Assembly (NCBI GenBank): GCA_010356995.1
Contig: ML996694.1
Coordinates: forward strand, 309,224-373,223
Source: Trichodelitschia bisporula
Lineage: Eukaryota
Length of the DNA: 64,000 bases
Direction: 5' to 3'
Shown here: one piece after another, positions 23,889-36,245 of the stretch
Position numbering within the stretch: position 1 is the first letter of the stretch
Layout: the number at the start of each line of letters is the position of its first letter
Position numbers and translations under genes: made by a program
Notes under the pieces: generated by a model
Database searches by the model: none
Told to the model about the DNA's origin: nothing
The model's input: only the letters and a program-made list of their open reading frames with translations

Positions 23889-25247
23889 TGCGGCGGAACG
23901 TGGAATTGTGAGATAGGAAAGTGGGTTCGTGGTAGCGGAACGTGGGATCGTGAGATGTGATCGAGAATGTATGATTGACGCAAGTCAAAGGAATGGGAGA
24001 AACAGAGAATTATCCAGTGGCCCGGATGGCGCACGCCTCGATAAACAACAAGTTGGCTTCCAGTAAGGGAGTGTGGTTGTTGTTGAACGCAGAGGGTGCA
24101 GTGAAAGGGTGTGGTGTAAAGAAGATGGAGGTGCTGCACCCGTGTAGGTGAACTTGACGCGACAGGTCACTGGTCCGTGCGCACCAGGAAACCCACGCCA
24201 AGACTTCACTTTAGAACGCCAAGACTTCGACAAGAGCGAGCCTCAAACGGTCCGTGTCAACGTCACATTTATGTCCGATGTAAAAGTTCGTGTCTCTCGC
24301 ACACCAGTGGTTTGCACAACATTTGGGTGGGCAATAGATTCTATCGCAACAGGCTTCGGATGCTACCAATGGTTGATATGGCCGATTTCAGGCAACAGCC
24401 GCACAAAGAATTCTATCCCTTTGTCACTTCCAGATGGTTCCGCCGCATCATTCATACTCAACGAAACATCCCACATCACAGCACATCAGACAGGATTATT
24501 TTAGAATGTGTTTATGACTGGTTTAAGGCACTAACCCGTAGACTTCGACAGGCAACCGCGCCGCCCTCGCCCGTTAACACCCCCACCAACAAGCTCCACA
24601 CCAACCCAGCTACCTGTCTAAACCAAACCTCAACTCTCAGAACCCACATCAACGCCAGCCTATGCCGATGCCGATGCGAGCCCGATACAAGCTCGGCCGT
24701 TATCATGGTGTATCGTATGGCTGACGATGTCGACCCATGGACATCAGGCCAGTTCATGCCTTATCGCTACCCGAAAGTGAAGGGAAATCATGATGTAGTG
24801 ATCCTGGCGAGGACCACGGGCCCACATGACGTATAGTCATTACGCTGAGAAGACAACTGGAAGAATAGCACAAAAACATCATCAGAAGGCTTCAAAATCA
24901 TGCTCGCAATGTCCAAAAAAACAAAAACTGGCTCATGAGGTGGTATCTCTCCTAATCATTCAAAAAGGGAAAAGCAAAAGGTTTGACAAATGCTTTTGTC
25001 GTAGCGCCGTAAACGTCATTTCGTAAAAACTCGTGGACCAGTTCGAGGAAGCGAAACGAAGGAATGTGGTGAACGGTCGGTGTCTAGTTGTCGAGTCTTA
25101 CATGTGGTGTTCGTCAGAGGAGCCGTCTCGAGTCTAGGCATCGCTCATACTCGTGACACAGGTCATCGTGGCTTCGTTAACATGCTGAAGCTGACAAAGG
25201 AAATGGTATAATGCAGTGTAACGACGGAAGCAAACGCGTCGAATCGC

Positions 25248-27809
25248 CTAGCTGTTCGCCCGGATGACGAGCTTGCTCAGGAACTTGTTCGAGAGGCAGT
25301 CAAAGTCTTCGCGGTCATATTTGGCATCATTGCGGCCCCGGAGGTACGTTTCTACGCGAGTTAGAAGACACACTCAACCAGTATGGGCTTAGGGGTAAAA
25401 CTAACCGTATTTCTCCACGTGGCCGCGGATTTCTGTCATGGCGTCGCAGACGGCCAGGTTGTTGTTCAGCACATGCGAGTGCTTGCGCGTGTCCCACTCG
25501 AGGAAGCTCGGCAGCTTGGTTGAGATGGCACTGAACAGGCCGACGATGACGCCGACTGGAACCGACTCCATATCGTGGCAGAAGTTCTTGACCGCCCCCT
25601 CATCGGGCACGCGGTAATGGCAGTCGAACTGCATGAGCTCCCACACGCAGAGAATCAGAGCGGCGGTCATGAAGATGGTCGGCCAGTTCTTCAGCTTATC
25701 GCCGCTGTAGACAGACGAGTAGAGCGCCGATAGCTCCTCCAGGATGTCCTTCATCAACTCGCGCCACATGTCGGCCATGGCTTTCTTGATCTGGAAGTTG
25801 ATCATAACCGGCGCACAGCTCTTGCCATAATACCTGCTCTGTGGGTCGACGATCAAACTCTCCCTTCGCTGCTGCTCAGGCAGACCTTCGATCAGTGTAA
25901 TGTGGAGAGTCAGCGCATACGCCACCACAAGCTTGAGGCCCTTCCGGATAACCGGGAGCTGCGTGCGGACGTAGTAGCGGTACGTCGTCTTAAGCAGCTC
26001 GGTGACGAACTTGGTGCCGTCGAAATACTCGTCTACGAACTTCTCAAAGCCTTGGTCGATGTGCATGTCGAGGTAGTTGGAAATCATGGGAGCTGAAATG
26101 GTGTCAAGATTCGCGGCGAGCTTTGCGGTGTTGACCTCGAAGGTCTTCGTTTGTGAGTTGCTGGGGCCCAGCTGCTCCATCCAGTCGACACCAAAGCACT
26201 TTTCGTCCACAACATACACCTCGTGCGCCTTAATCGGCATGAAATAGCCGTATCCGTGGGTGATGTAGAAGCGGTGCTCATACTGCGAGAAACCCTTGAT
26301 GTTGGCAATGGAGACGCTGCAGTTAACGTGGCGTTCATAGTCGGCATTCCAACCCTTCAGGAAAGACGCGATATCCTTGATATCCATGCGTGTGCACGGA
26401 ACCTGCCAGAGGCGTGCATGCGCTGGCTGACATCCACCGCAGGGATCGCCTTTATCGCACACCTTCTTCAGGAACTTGCACCGCAAGCAGGCACGCAGTT
26501 TGCGGATCTCGTGGGCCTGTTGCCGTTGCTCAGGGCGCAGGGGGCCGCGCCTCCGTCCGACCTTCTTCTCCGCCTTTTCTTTGCCGCTGCTGGCCGAAGC
26601 AGGCGCCTTCTTCTTCACGATCGTCTTGGGCGTCGTTACGCCAATCGGGCTAATCGGGCTGTTGCGCCGCCTAGCCTTGGGAGAGCCCGCGCTTGATGCA
26701 CTGGGTGATGTGGATGATGATGAAGATGGACTGGCGGCAATGGCCTGTGGGGTTCGGATGATGACGGCGGAACTGGCGTCGCGGGAAGCGGCAGAGTGGG
26801 CTGGACTGTACTGCTCATTTTCAGGCGATGGGAGAATAGGCAATGCCTGCGTCAGCGTCGGCAATTGGGACTGCTCGCTCTGAGATTCCGGCTCGGGCGA
26901 CACGGGAAACATGATCTCCTCAAAGCTGCTGACCGAGCGGGCCGAGTGCGGCGGAATGTCGGACGACTGCGAGTCCGTCCGGTGATGGAGGATCTGAGGG
27001 CTCACCATCGACAGTGATACCGAAAGGTCTGAGAAGCCATCCATGGAATGGCGAGGACTGTGCTCCACCTTGTTGCTGCCGTCCAAGAGCGCCCAGCTGT
27101 TGTCACTCTGGTTTGACAAAGACCGTGAAAGATACATCTCCTGCGGTGAGCTGTTGGCCATGCTCGGGTTGATGTACTCATTGCTCGATAAGCTCTCGCT
27201 CATGTTGTTGAAGCTATTCTGGAGGTAGGGTCCAAAGTCATTATAGTGGAAGGCCATGCCTGCGATGGCCTCGGACGGCGGGCCAGAGAAGGACGAGACG
27301 AGGTACGAAGTATCGAGGCCGTTGTTTTGGAGAGGCTCCTGAGTCGTCGGGATATACTCATCGATGGGAGACGTATTGAGCGGCATACCATACGTGCCGG
27401 TGAAGAGGGAATCCATAGCGCCTGCCTCCTGACCATAAGATTGCAACGGGAACTGGAGATCCGACGTGGTAAGCAGAGCGGTGGAAACGTCGAGGCCTTG
27501 ACTGAAGGGGAAGTTGGCAGTCTGAAGGGGACCGGTGGACATCAGGTTGGCAGCGGCGGCCATGGACGTCCGTATATCGAGGGTAGCCGTGGTAGGAAGG
27601 CCGTGAGGCAACGGAACGGTCATGGATGCATTCTGCTGACGACTCGATGATGACTCGGCTTGAGCGAGGCCTGCGTTCCGAGACATGTTTTCGGCGTCCA
27701 TGGACAGCTGCCAGGTCGCGTTGCTTGTGTAGTAGAAGTCTTGCGGAGCGGAGTTGTCAAAAGAGTCAACGCCTAGCACCTGGTCGGGTGGGAAGTCGAT
27801 ATGCTCCAT
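25248..27809 (-). CDS. Zn(II)2Cys6 (C6 zinc cluster) transcription factor; intron 25352-25405
   Basis: CLRCKFLKKVCDKGDPCGGCQPAHARLWQVPC preceded by basic RRRGPLRPEQR. Ser-rich N-terminal half. Last exon ends ..NKFLSKLVIRANS*. Confidence 0.88.
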
Positions 27810-28126
27810 GGTGGAGGGTGGGAGCGCGAACGGCAAAAGTCGGCCAAAGTTGGTTGGTGGATCAGCTGAAAGAGGCAGTGCTTGCTGATGCGAACAGGTT
27901 TGGAAAGGTGAGAGTTTCGGTAATGGCGGGGAGTGTGAGCGAACGCTCAGAGCACCGACGGGATTCAGCGCTGGGTATCACACCGACTTCGAGGAGGAGA
28001 GAAGGGGAGAGGTGAGGGGGAGGAGGCGGTGGTCGAGAGGCGGTGGTGGCCTTGGGGGGGTTTAGGGCGGGAAGGCGGGAATGTAAGTGTGGGAGGGATG
28101 GGGTTGATGGGGGGAAGTTTGGCGGG

Positions 28127-28141
28127 NNNNNNNNNNNNNNN
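28127..28141. other. Assembly gap (15 N)
   Basis: Run of N in a G-rich tract. Confidence 1.
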
Positions 28142-31100
28142 GTGGAAAGTGTTGGTGGGCGGTGGCTCTGTAGGAGGGGAGGGATGGGATTAGGTTTTGC
28201 CGAGCGGAGGGAGGGCTGGCGGGGTGGGGTGGGGAGGGGGGAGGGATATTTCGAGGCTAAAGTGCGGGACAAAATCTGGGCCAGCTTTGTATCATAGTAC
28301 GGGTACGGGATGAAGAAACTAAGGGACTAAAAAGGAAAGTGAGATTGAAAGTACGAAGTTAGGTTGGTAAGGGATTGGGAATAGAGAATTGTAGATGATG
28401 AATGAGGGGCGAGGGGATTGATTAGGTAGAGTGATTGTGTGAGCAAAAAACTCTTGGGAATTGCTGTATGACGGCTTTTGCAAATTCACCGCCCGAGGGA
28501 GGGATGGAGAGACCGAAAACGCATCAATTTGCATCCGTACTTGGGCTAGTTCGACGAGATGGGATAGGAGAGAGGAGAGAGAGAGAGGACGGATGCATGC
28601 CCGGTTAGAGGGAGGCGGGGATTGGGAATGCCATGAAGGCTGACAAGTGCAGTGTGGATTGAGCGTACGGTACTGTAGAGAGTGGAGTTGAGGGTTGGGG
28701 TGAGGGTGAGAGGGCTCGGTGTGGGCTTGGCTTTGGTGGCCTGGTGGGCTGGATTGGGCTGGGCTGTGCTGTGCTGTGTGTGGGCGGTGATCCTGTGGGG
28801 ATTTTGAGGGGGCGAAGGGCATGGCAGAGAGAGAAACGTGAGAGAGAAAATGCCGACAGCAGACAAGACGAGACGAGACTTGCTCGCACAGCCAACGACA
28901 ACGTGAGAGTCGAGGAACGAGGGTTGGAGATCTGGCGGTGAAGAAGTTACAAGGGTCATCCTCCAATCATGCAGAAGGCGTGGTGCTCGGCCACAGAGCT
29001 GGAGCGATTGGACGGGTTGGCCCGCTGGGCGCTGGGGAGCTGGGCGCGGGTCGACCTTTGCTTGTGCTGGACCCTTGTCCCCTTGTGGCAAGGGTCAGAG
29101 CTTCCTTTACCATTTACGGACCTTTCGTCATCGGTGGATGGGGAGCTCAATTTGACGTGCTGAACAGCCCCGCACTATCGCCTCTTGTCCGACGTGCCCC
29201 CGGTCTGTTTACTGCAACATAGCAACTTATGGGGACAACAATCAATCAATCAGCCCTCGGCTAAAGACACTCGACTTTGCCAAAACATCACGTCTTACGG
29301 TACATGATAAGTCCGCACGCTAGCTTCTGTGGGCTCCACCTGCAAAACAGACAGCTGGTGGGGTGGCGGGTTGTCTCCGGAGCCGCTCTTAGCGCTGAAC
29401 GGACCCCTCCCCCCGCCCTCGCATTTCCAACTGTCAAAAGAGGCCACGCTGCTCAAGTATCTATGTCTGTACGGATGTATGTGCACGAGTAGTCGACGAC
29501 GCGAACCAGCTCCCTAAGCGCCGAACCGAAATGTGTACAAGGTACCACAGGCGTCCCATGGACACGAACGCACATCATTCAATGGGCAGTACAGTAGCTC
29601 AGTACACCCGCTTGAGCTTGTCCAACCACACAACCCCAGAGGACACGACGCCCGCACTCCTCAAGTTTCCGCGGCCATGCAGTAGCCGACGCATGCCAGC
29701 GGGCCTTGCAGCACGCTTCATCTCCCGTCTTTGCATCGGCGAGCGCTGCAACTCTCCTCACGCCATGCCCAATTACGCCCCGTCGTCGCTGCGCAATTTG
29801 AGATCTGCTCTTCCGCTTCCTGGTCCGCTGCCGCAATTTGAAGATCTGCTCCCCATGTTGCTCTTGACCGCCCAACAACGTCTCGCTCGTCTATAGTGCA
29901 CCTGCCCGCCGCTCTATCGCAACAATGCAGAGCAAGTCCCGGTCCCACGCGGCATGGTATGGCTGCGGAAAGCACCCCTTCCACGGGCAGGTGGTGGTCG
30001 CGGGACGGTAAACGACGCGGGTACCGTTGCGCTGCCTCGGGCTTTTTTCCTTATTGCCCACCTTCTGGTACACTTGGTGACGGGTGTCTTACAAACCTGC
30101 AATTTGCCTCCCTCACGCGGTGCGCGCAGGAGGCGTACCCGCTCGGGAGGTGACATGCAACGCACTTCTGCCCGTGGCCTCGTGCGACCCGAGCCGGCGC
30201 CGCGCTTCGCCCGTCGTCGCAAATCGTATATCGCAAACACGCTCCACGACACGCTTTTCCTTGCGTCCTAGCCACACTCTTCGATCCCGAGAACCTACGG
30301 TGCGGGTACATCCGTACACAGTTCCATTCCTCTCATGGTTCTCACGTGTCCCCCACGCCCAGCTCCGCGCTGCCCATCCGCTCTCCGCTGCACCGCACAC
30401 CGGCCCCCTCCGTCGAGTACCCGTCTTGGCCGCTTGACGTGCGTCCCCAGGGGGTGAGCATGCACCTGCCCGAAAGTACTTACGCCTTTGTCTCGCCAAC
30501 GGTCTCGCCCCTCCATTAAGTGCCGTGCCCTTCCTAATCAGCAAGTCGCACGCAACTCTCCCTCCCGGGCCCTTTCCGCGCTCTGCGAGCGGACCCGGAA
30601 GAGCGCAATTTGTCCACACGCGCGCGCGGGCTGCAGAATCTGCGTCTGGGCTGGTCGAGCATTCCAGGGCCGCTGGGTGTCTCCTCGTGATGCGCATGCT
30701 TTAAACACCGATCCGCGCGGAGGGCCTGTCCTTGCTTCGACGTGCCCCGCGGCGGAGAGCATTACGCGTGGCTGGATATCGGTGAGGAAGGCACTGTAGG
30801 GCGGCTGCTGCCTAAGGCATCTACGTATCTTTTCCTCACAGGATTCGAGCCTCGGGGCTCGCCGGGCGATACTGGATGGAGAGTGGCTGAAGGCAGATAC
30901 GGAGAAGCTTGGCTTGAGGTATGCTGACGGACGGCTGAAAAATGGCCTGCCTTGTTTCCTGGGGTTGATGTAGGATGTCTATCACCGAGATTTGCCCGTC
31001 CAGTGAAAGGTGTCGCCTTGCGAAGTCTGCATCTTGGTGAATGCACGACGCTGTTGTGCTGAGCGGCGAACGGACGGGGATTTCTCGCGGGGATTGCGTA

Positions 31101-33619
31101 CTGAGATCTACGGCGCTGGGCGGAGGTGAGGTGCAGGGTACTGGACGGACAAGGAAGTGACGAGGGAGCGGTGGCACGACGACATGCGAGGAGATGGATT
31201 GTGCTTATGGTTCATACGTTCCTGACTTCGATGTGGTGCTGAAAATAGGTGTTTTACGGTACCGCCGATGAGGGCGGGCGAGGCTGAAGAGGAATGCGGT
31301 GGTTTTCTGGGTGAACTGGTCGACGACGTTTGCATTGTTTGTGGGTGTCACGTCAGTGGTTCTTCGATCCTCTGTCGGCCTTCCAGTCATGTTTGCGGGG
31401 GCTAACTGGCTGGTAGAGCTGTAGTTTGACTCCACTAAGCATGTTGAGAAGCTTCAGGCAATCGAACAGTACTCCGTATGGAGTGCAACGACTCCTTATC
31501 CAAACTTTGTGTGACTCGAGCTCTTCCGGTAACTCATGCTTGCCGATATCTCGCGATCAACGGCACTTTGCAATAGCTTCCTGAACTTGTCCGAAACTCA
31601 TTACAGTTCTCGAGGATCATTTTCCATTCAGGGCGGCAATCCCGTTGGAATTGATACATAAAAGTATTCAGTCTCCTTATATCAATCGGACCCATTGGCC
31701 CGTCTCATGACGCACCAACTATCCTCAAATCCGTTTAAATCTTCATGGTTGCGTTATCTCGGTACCGAACTATCAGATTGACTTCATCGTTGGCATCCGT
31801 CTTCCCGATACCAGTAAAAAGTGCTGATCTTTCGAATCTAGCCGTAGAGCCGATGCATGAAGCAGAGAACCGTAGTTCATTCAGTGACCATCACGTCGGA
31901 GACATCTGCAGTCTTCTCAACCTAAGAGCGTCTGTGGTACAGTCTCCACCAAGAAATGCACATCAAGCGTGAGAGATACGCCAAGGGAAGGACTTCGAAT
32001 GCTCCCGACGTCAGCCTTATGAAAGGGATCTACGGCTTTTGCCTTCGCGATTGTTCGGCCCGACTCATGCTTTGAATTGGCTCGCCATCCATTCGACATG
32101 CACGTCCATGTGGCACTTCTCCATCCAACCCGCTATAATCAGTCCGAACGCGATACCCACCCTCTCATGCGACTCCAGGCAGCTCTCGCGTCCCATATCC
32201 AGCAAGGCAAGCGGCCCCAGTCCGGCTTCACGTCGGATAGACTTCCGCCCTATCCACAGCCATCACCACACAAGGCAAGAGATCCTAGCAGGTCTACCGA
32301 AGGCAACAGTCCTTCACGAATGTCCGATTCTGTGCCATCCAACGGAATACTGTGGTACTTCTCGCGAACACCACCCGCCCCAAACCCGCGCCACGTGTCC
32401 GCTCTCCACGCCCCGTAGACGCGCCCGCCATGCAGCAGTGCGAATCTTCTCGTTTCATCTCTCCTTCGCCAAATAGTCCTCCAACTCGCCCTCCGCGTCG
32501 TCCCGAAATACTGACGTTCGGAAGACTGGATGTACCAGGGCGGCCCCGGAAGCGGATGCGGCGTCGCCAACGGACCAATGACGGGGCGGACTTCGCGATA
32601 GGATGCTTCCTATTGGTTGAGCAGCGAAGGCGCGGCGTGTTCATGCAAAGCGGCTGCGAGGTGCGATGTGTTGTTCATGCCTTTGCGTGGGTCTTGTGCG
32701 ATGGGGGAGTATTTGGGGAGGGACTGGTTTGTGAGGAGGCTGGGAGGGATGGGCGGAGGTGGATTGGTTGGGATGGCGTCCTGCGGCAAGTGTGAGTGGT
32801 TCTGAGGATTTAAAACTTGGGGTGTGATGCTGTTCATTCCGAGGGAGAGGGATGGCGCGGGCGCATAGAGCTATCAATGTCGGATCAGATATCAGGTAAG
32901 TGGTCTGGAGATCCGGAGTGCTGTCATCATGGGACAGTGTTTGGGGGTTTGCGTCCCGAAGTAAGGGCTCCATTACCCATCAGACTCGCATGGACCGTGA
33001 AGCTGTACGACAGTAAAGGTCAAGCACTTGTTAGTTCTAGTCTTGGAGACTTTCCGATCCCTGGTTGGTAATATCAGTTCTGAAATAGTTTTGACTGCCA
33101 AACCCGAGGCCCAAAAGCCGTGAACAGAAGCTCCTTGAGTGGGGATGTTTCTGAGGTCGATGTCACATGTGACAGTGGTCGAGTGGAGCCGCTACGGATG
33201 CTTAACCCAACCTCTTGCTCTCTGGCAAAGATCAGATCTCGTTACCCCAAAGCCGTCTCATGTATTCGGGATACACATATGAGAACTGCATGAAGTTGGC
33301 TTTCATTCCAGATCCAGTTTTGGCCCACGCTCGCTAAGCTAAATACATCCAAGAATCGACCATCAAGTTCCGAATACATACACATGCTTCGTCGCAGGGT
33401 CGTGAAGCGATCCCACCAGTCGCACAGCATTCCGATCCCATAGGGCTGAAGAAAGATAACACCAACGCCAAATGCGGGTATCCTCCCCAACGTCACCTTC
33501 ATGCCAACCCAAGCCGCTAATCCCAAAAACGCCATAAGCCAACATCAACCGCCTGGAAACCCCAAAACCAAAAAGAAAGCCGGCTCGGGTATCGCCCCAA
33601 CTCCCAATAAAACGAAGAC

Positions 33620-34984
33620 CTAGTTCCAATCAGAATCATGCCTCACTCTCCACTGATCCTCAATCTGTAGGCCCCCGCTCCGCAACGAACATCCCTTCCG
33701 CCCCCACTTCTCCGCCATCACCTCCCGCCCAAACTTAATCGTCATCTGCAGCGCGGTCTCGAAGCCCTCCGGGTCGCGGTAGTATGGTTCGCCCTTCCCG
33801 CCGAACTGCTGCGCCTGCCATGTGTTCCGCCCCCGCGCGTTGCTGTTCTTCTCCCGCTGGAGCACGTCCAGCCGCTTCGCCAGCAGATGGAAAGCCTGGC
33901 TCGCGAGCGCATCCTCCTCGCCCCACGTCTGCACCGTCTTCTTCGCCGGCGCGGGCTGGACATGCAACGTGCCATTGCCAGATCCCCGCGCTTCTCCCGT
34001 CGGCTTAGCCACTGCCTTGATCGGCGCCTCGTTCCCCACCGGTTTCCGCCGGTACAGCACGAGCAAATCGTCCAGCGCAGCGCCAACATCATACACCAGC
34101 CCGACCTGCGCGTTGTCCAGCGTGTAGCCCGCCATCAGCAGCCGCTCGTGCATGTCACAGTCGGTGCCGTAGTACGGGATCTGCGTGTCCCAGCCGCCGA
34201 CGGCTTCGTACGCGGCGCGGTTGACGAGCGCGAGCCGGTCGTAGGCGTAGAGCTTGACGGCCCAGCGGTGGGAGGCGGGCCAGGTGAGTGTGTCGCGGAG
34301 GTCCTCGACGACGCGTGCGTAGAGCGGGCGGTAGGTCTTGGTATGCGGGTCGGACCAGTCTTCTTTGCTGACGGCGGCGGCGTCCATGTGGGACCAGTAG
34401 TAGTGTGTCCAGTTGCGCTGGATAGATTCGTGGATGTAGAAGTTTTGGAGTTGGGAGAAGGAGAGGTAGGTTGGGGTGGAGATGACGTTGATGCCGAAGA
34501 TGTCTGTCAGCCGTCGGTGGTCGAGGTAGAAGGGGTTTTGGAGGGTGAGCTGTCCGCGCGCGTTTGCGTTCATTGTCCCGGTGTTTTCGACGACGTAGAT
34601 GTCTGACGGTGGCCAGCCTGCCGTGATGTACGACACTACGGCCTGCTGCAGCAATGGCCAATTGCGCGTGAAGCCGATGAACAGTGGTGTCTTCTCGGGG
34701 GCATGTTGTGCGGGTGGGCGGTTGTATGAGGGAACGGGAGGGAGATCCGAGGGGGTCTTTGCAGCTGCCGCGAGCGGGAAGTTGTCCACTATCGGCGGCG
34801 GGATGCGCTGTGCAGATTTGTAGCGCGGATGTCGCGGCGCATCGTGGGCGCGTAGACCGGGAATGTAGTAGTATATCTCCTCTTGCAGCTGGTATGGGGA
34901 GGATGGAAGAAGAAGGTAGGTGACGGCGCAGAAGCTGAAGACCCCAAAGACAAGCGCACGGAAGCGCAGCTGCTTGACGAGCAT
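33620..34984 (-). CDS. Conserved-looking type II membrane protein, putative GT-A glycosyltransferase
   Basis: 454-aa ORF. N-terminal TM anchor, Pro-rich stem, PLFIGFTRNWPLLQQAVVSY..IYVVENTG, WSHMD, and VGGWDTQIPYYGTDCDMHERL (GT2-like GGxD..D.D..R). Confidence 0.75.
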   Translation of the reverse strand: MLVKQLRFRALVFGVFSFCAVTYLLLPSSPYQLQEEIYYYIPGLRAHDAPRHPRYKSAQRIPPPIVDNFPLAAAAKTPSDLPPVPSYNRPPAQHAPEKTPLFIGFTRNWPLLQQAVVSYITAGWPPSDIYVVENTGTMNANARGQLTLQNPFYLDHRRLTDIFGINVISTPTYLSFSQLQNFYIHESIQRNWTHYYWSHMDAAAVSKEDWSDPHTKTYRPLYARVVEDLRDTLTWPASHRWAVKLYAYDRLALVNRAAYEAVGGWDTQIPYYGTDCDMHERLLMAGYTLDNAQVGLVYDVGAALDDLLVLYRRKPVGNEAPIKAVAKPTGEARGSGNGTLHVQPAPAKKTVQTWGEEDALASQAFHLLAKRLDVLQREKNSNARGRNTWQAQQFGGKGEPYYRDPEGFETALQMTIKFGREVMAEKWGRKGCSLRSGGLQIEDQWRVRHDSDWN

Positions 34985-36245
34985 GTGTGCGGCGCGGAGT
35001 ATACTCTACACGGCGATGATAGGCCAAGTTGGCACACCTCGAGGCGCAAATGAAATGTGACCGATGGCAGTGAAGAGGCATAAAAGGAATGTCGTTAAGC
35101 TGATGGAGGCAGTGTTCAGGCGGCCTACCCCATGTATCCAAATACGGGAAAGGATTGGGGCCAGAGGCGATTCAGACGAAGGTGCAAGGCCAGGTTAGAT
35201 ACAAGGCTACATCTACACCCCCGCGTCAGGATTGCAGAGAAACAAGGCCATCCATGGATGCGCAGAAGACTGCCCCTCCGCTGAGAAAAAGTGTAACGAC
35301 CGTGATGGCACAAAGAGAGAAATGGTGTGGAGGAGTCGACCATCCTGCCCCAAGGCTTATAAGGGTGCCGCGACCCGCGTCCCAGATGCTTGAACATGTG
35401 CCTCCGCATCTTGGCTTTGACAGGAGGGGTCTGGTGCGGGCCGTCTAGTCAGGGGTGTTTAGGGGGGGCTGCTTTTTTTCAGGAGTCGCACGACAAAAGC
35501 CGATAGGTTCACACCAATCACGCACAGCCTGGCTCGAGGCCCGGTCACGTCGAGAGCGTCTCATCGAGATGTCGCGCAGACTAGAAGAATGGAAAGGCTG
35601 GAGTGATTTTGGTGCTGGCGAGCCTCCATCCGCATTTTTCAATAGCTGATAAGCACTGTGGGCTGAGCAATAGGGATACGGGCTTCAAGACTGACAAGAG
35701 CACTCATGAACCGGCATTTGTGCCGCATTGACATATTGCTGACCACTGTAAGCTGAGGGCAAGATGCTGGACATTAAGAGGGCTTAGCAAATGGAGGATC
35801 ACGAAGCACAAGCTTAGAGTGCCTGGCTCCCAAACACTTGACCGCATCGTTCGACATTTTTGTGCCGCACTCTGAGTATCGTAGCGCCATCGTGTGCTAG
35901 CTTAAGTATCAACTGGACCATAATCTTATCAGAACTAAGTTGCGTAGATTGCCCGTTCTCCGCGTGTGTTTGTTCGTGGCGAAGTACTTCCCGAACGCGC
36001 TAAAATGCGGAATTTCCCACGGACCGTTTGTGCCCGAACTTGACAAGGCAAGAAGGCCACAAGGCCTAAAGGCATCACTTCCCAAACCGGTGACGTCGTT
36101 GGCTTGTTCAAGCAGTAGAACCAAGACCTTGCAGTGCGCAACTTCACCTCCACAGCATCTGCATTATGTCTTGCGCCTCTAATTGCAAAGAACCTGATCA
36201 CCGCCAGGAGAATAGGAACTTACTGGTGCGCATAGGCAGCCCACG

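Noticed and set aside
24177..24836. 219-aa plus-strand ORF between MLP1 and the transcription factor
   Set aside because: Atypical composition, no motif and a non-ATG ORF start. It overlaps probable promoter or terminator space.
31745..32973. Overlapping ~110-aa ORFs on both strands, possible gene relic
   Set aside because: Frames are interrupted by stops, and I recognise no homology.
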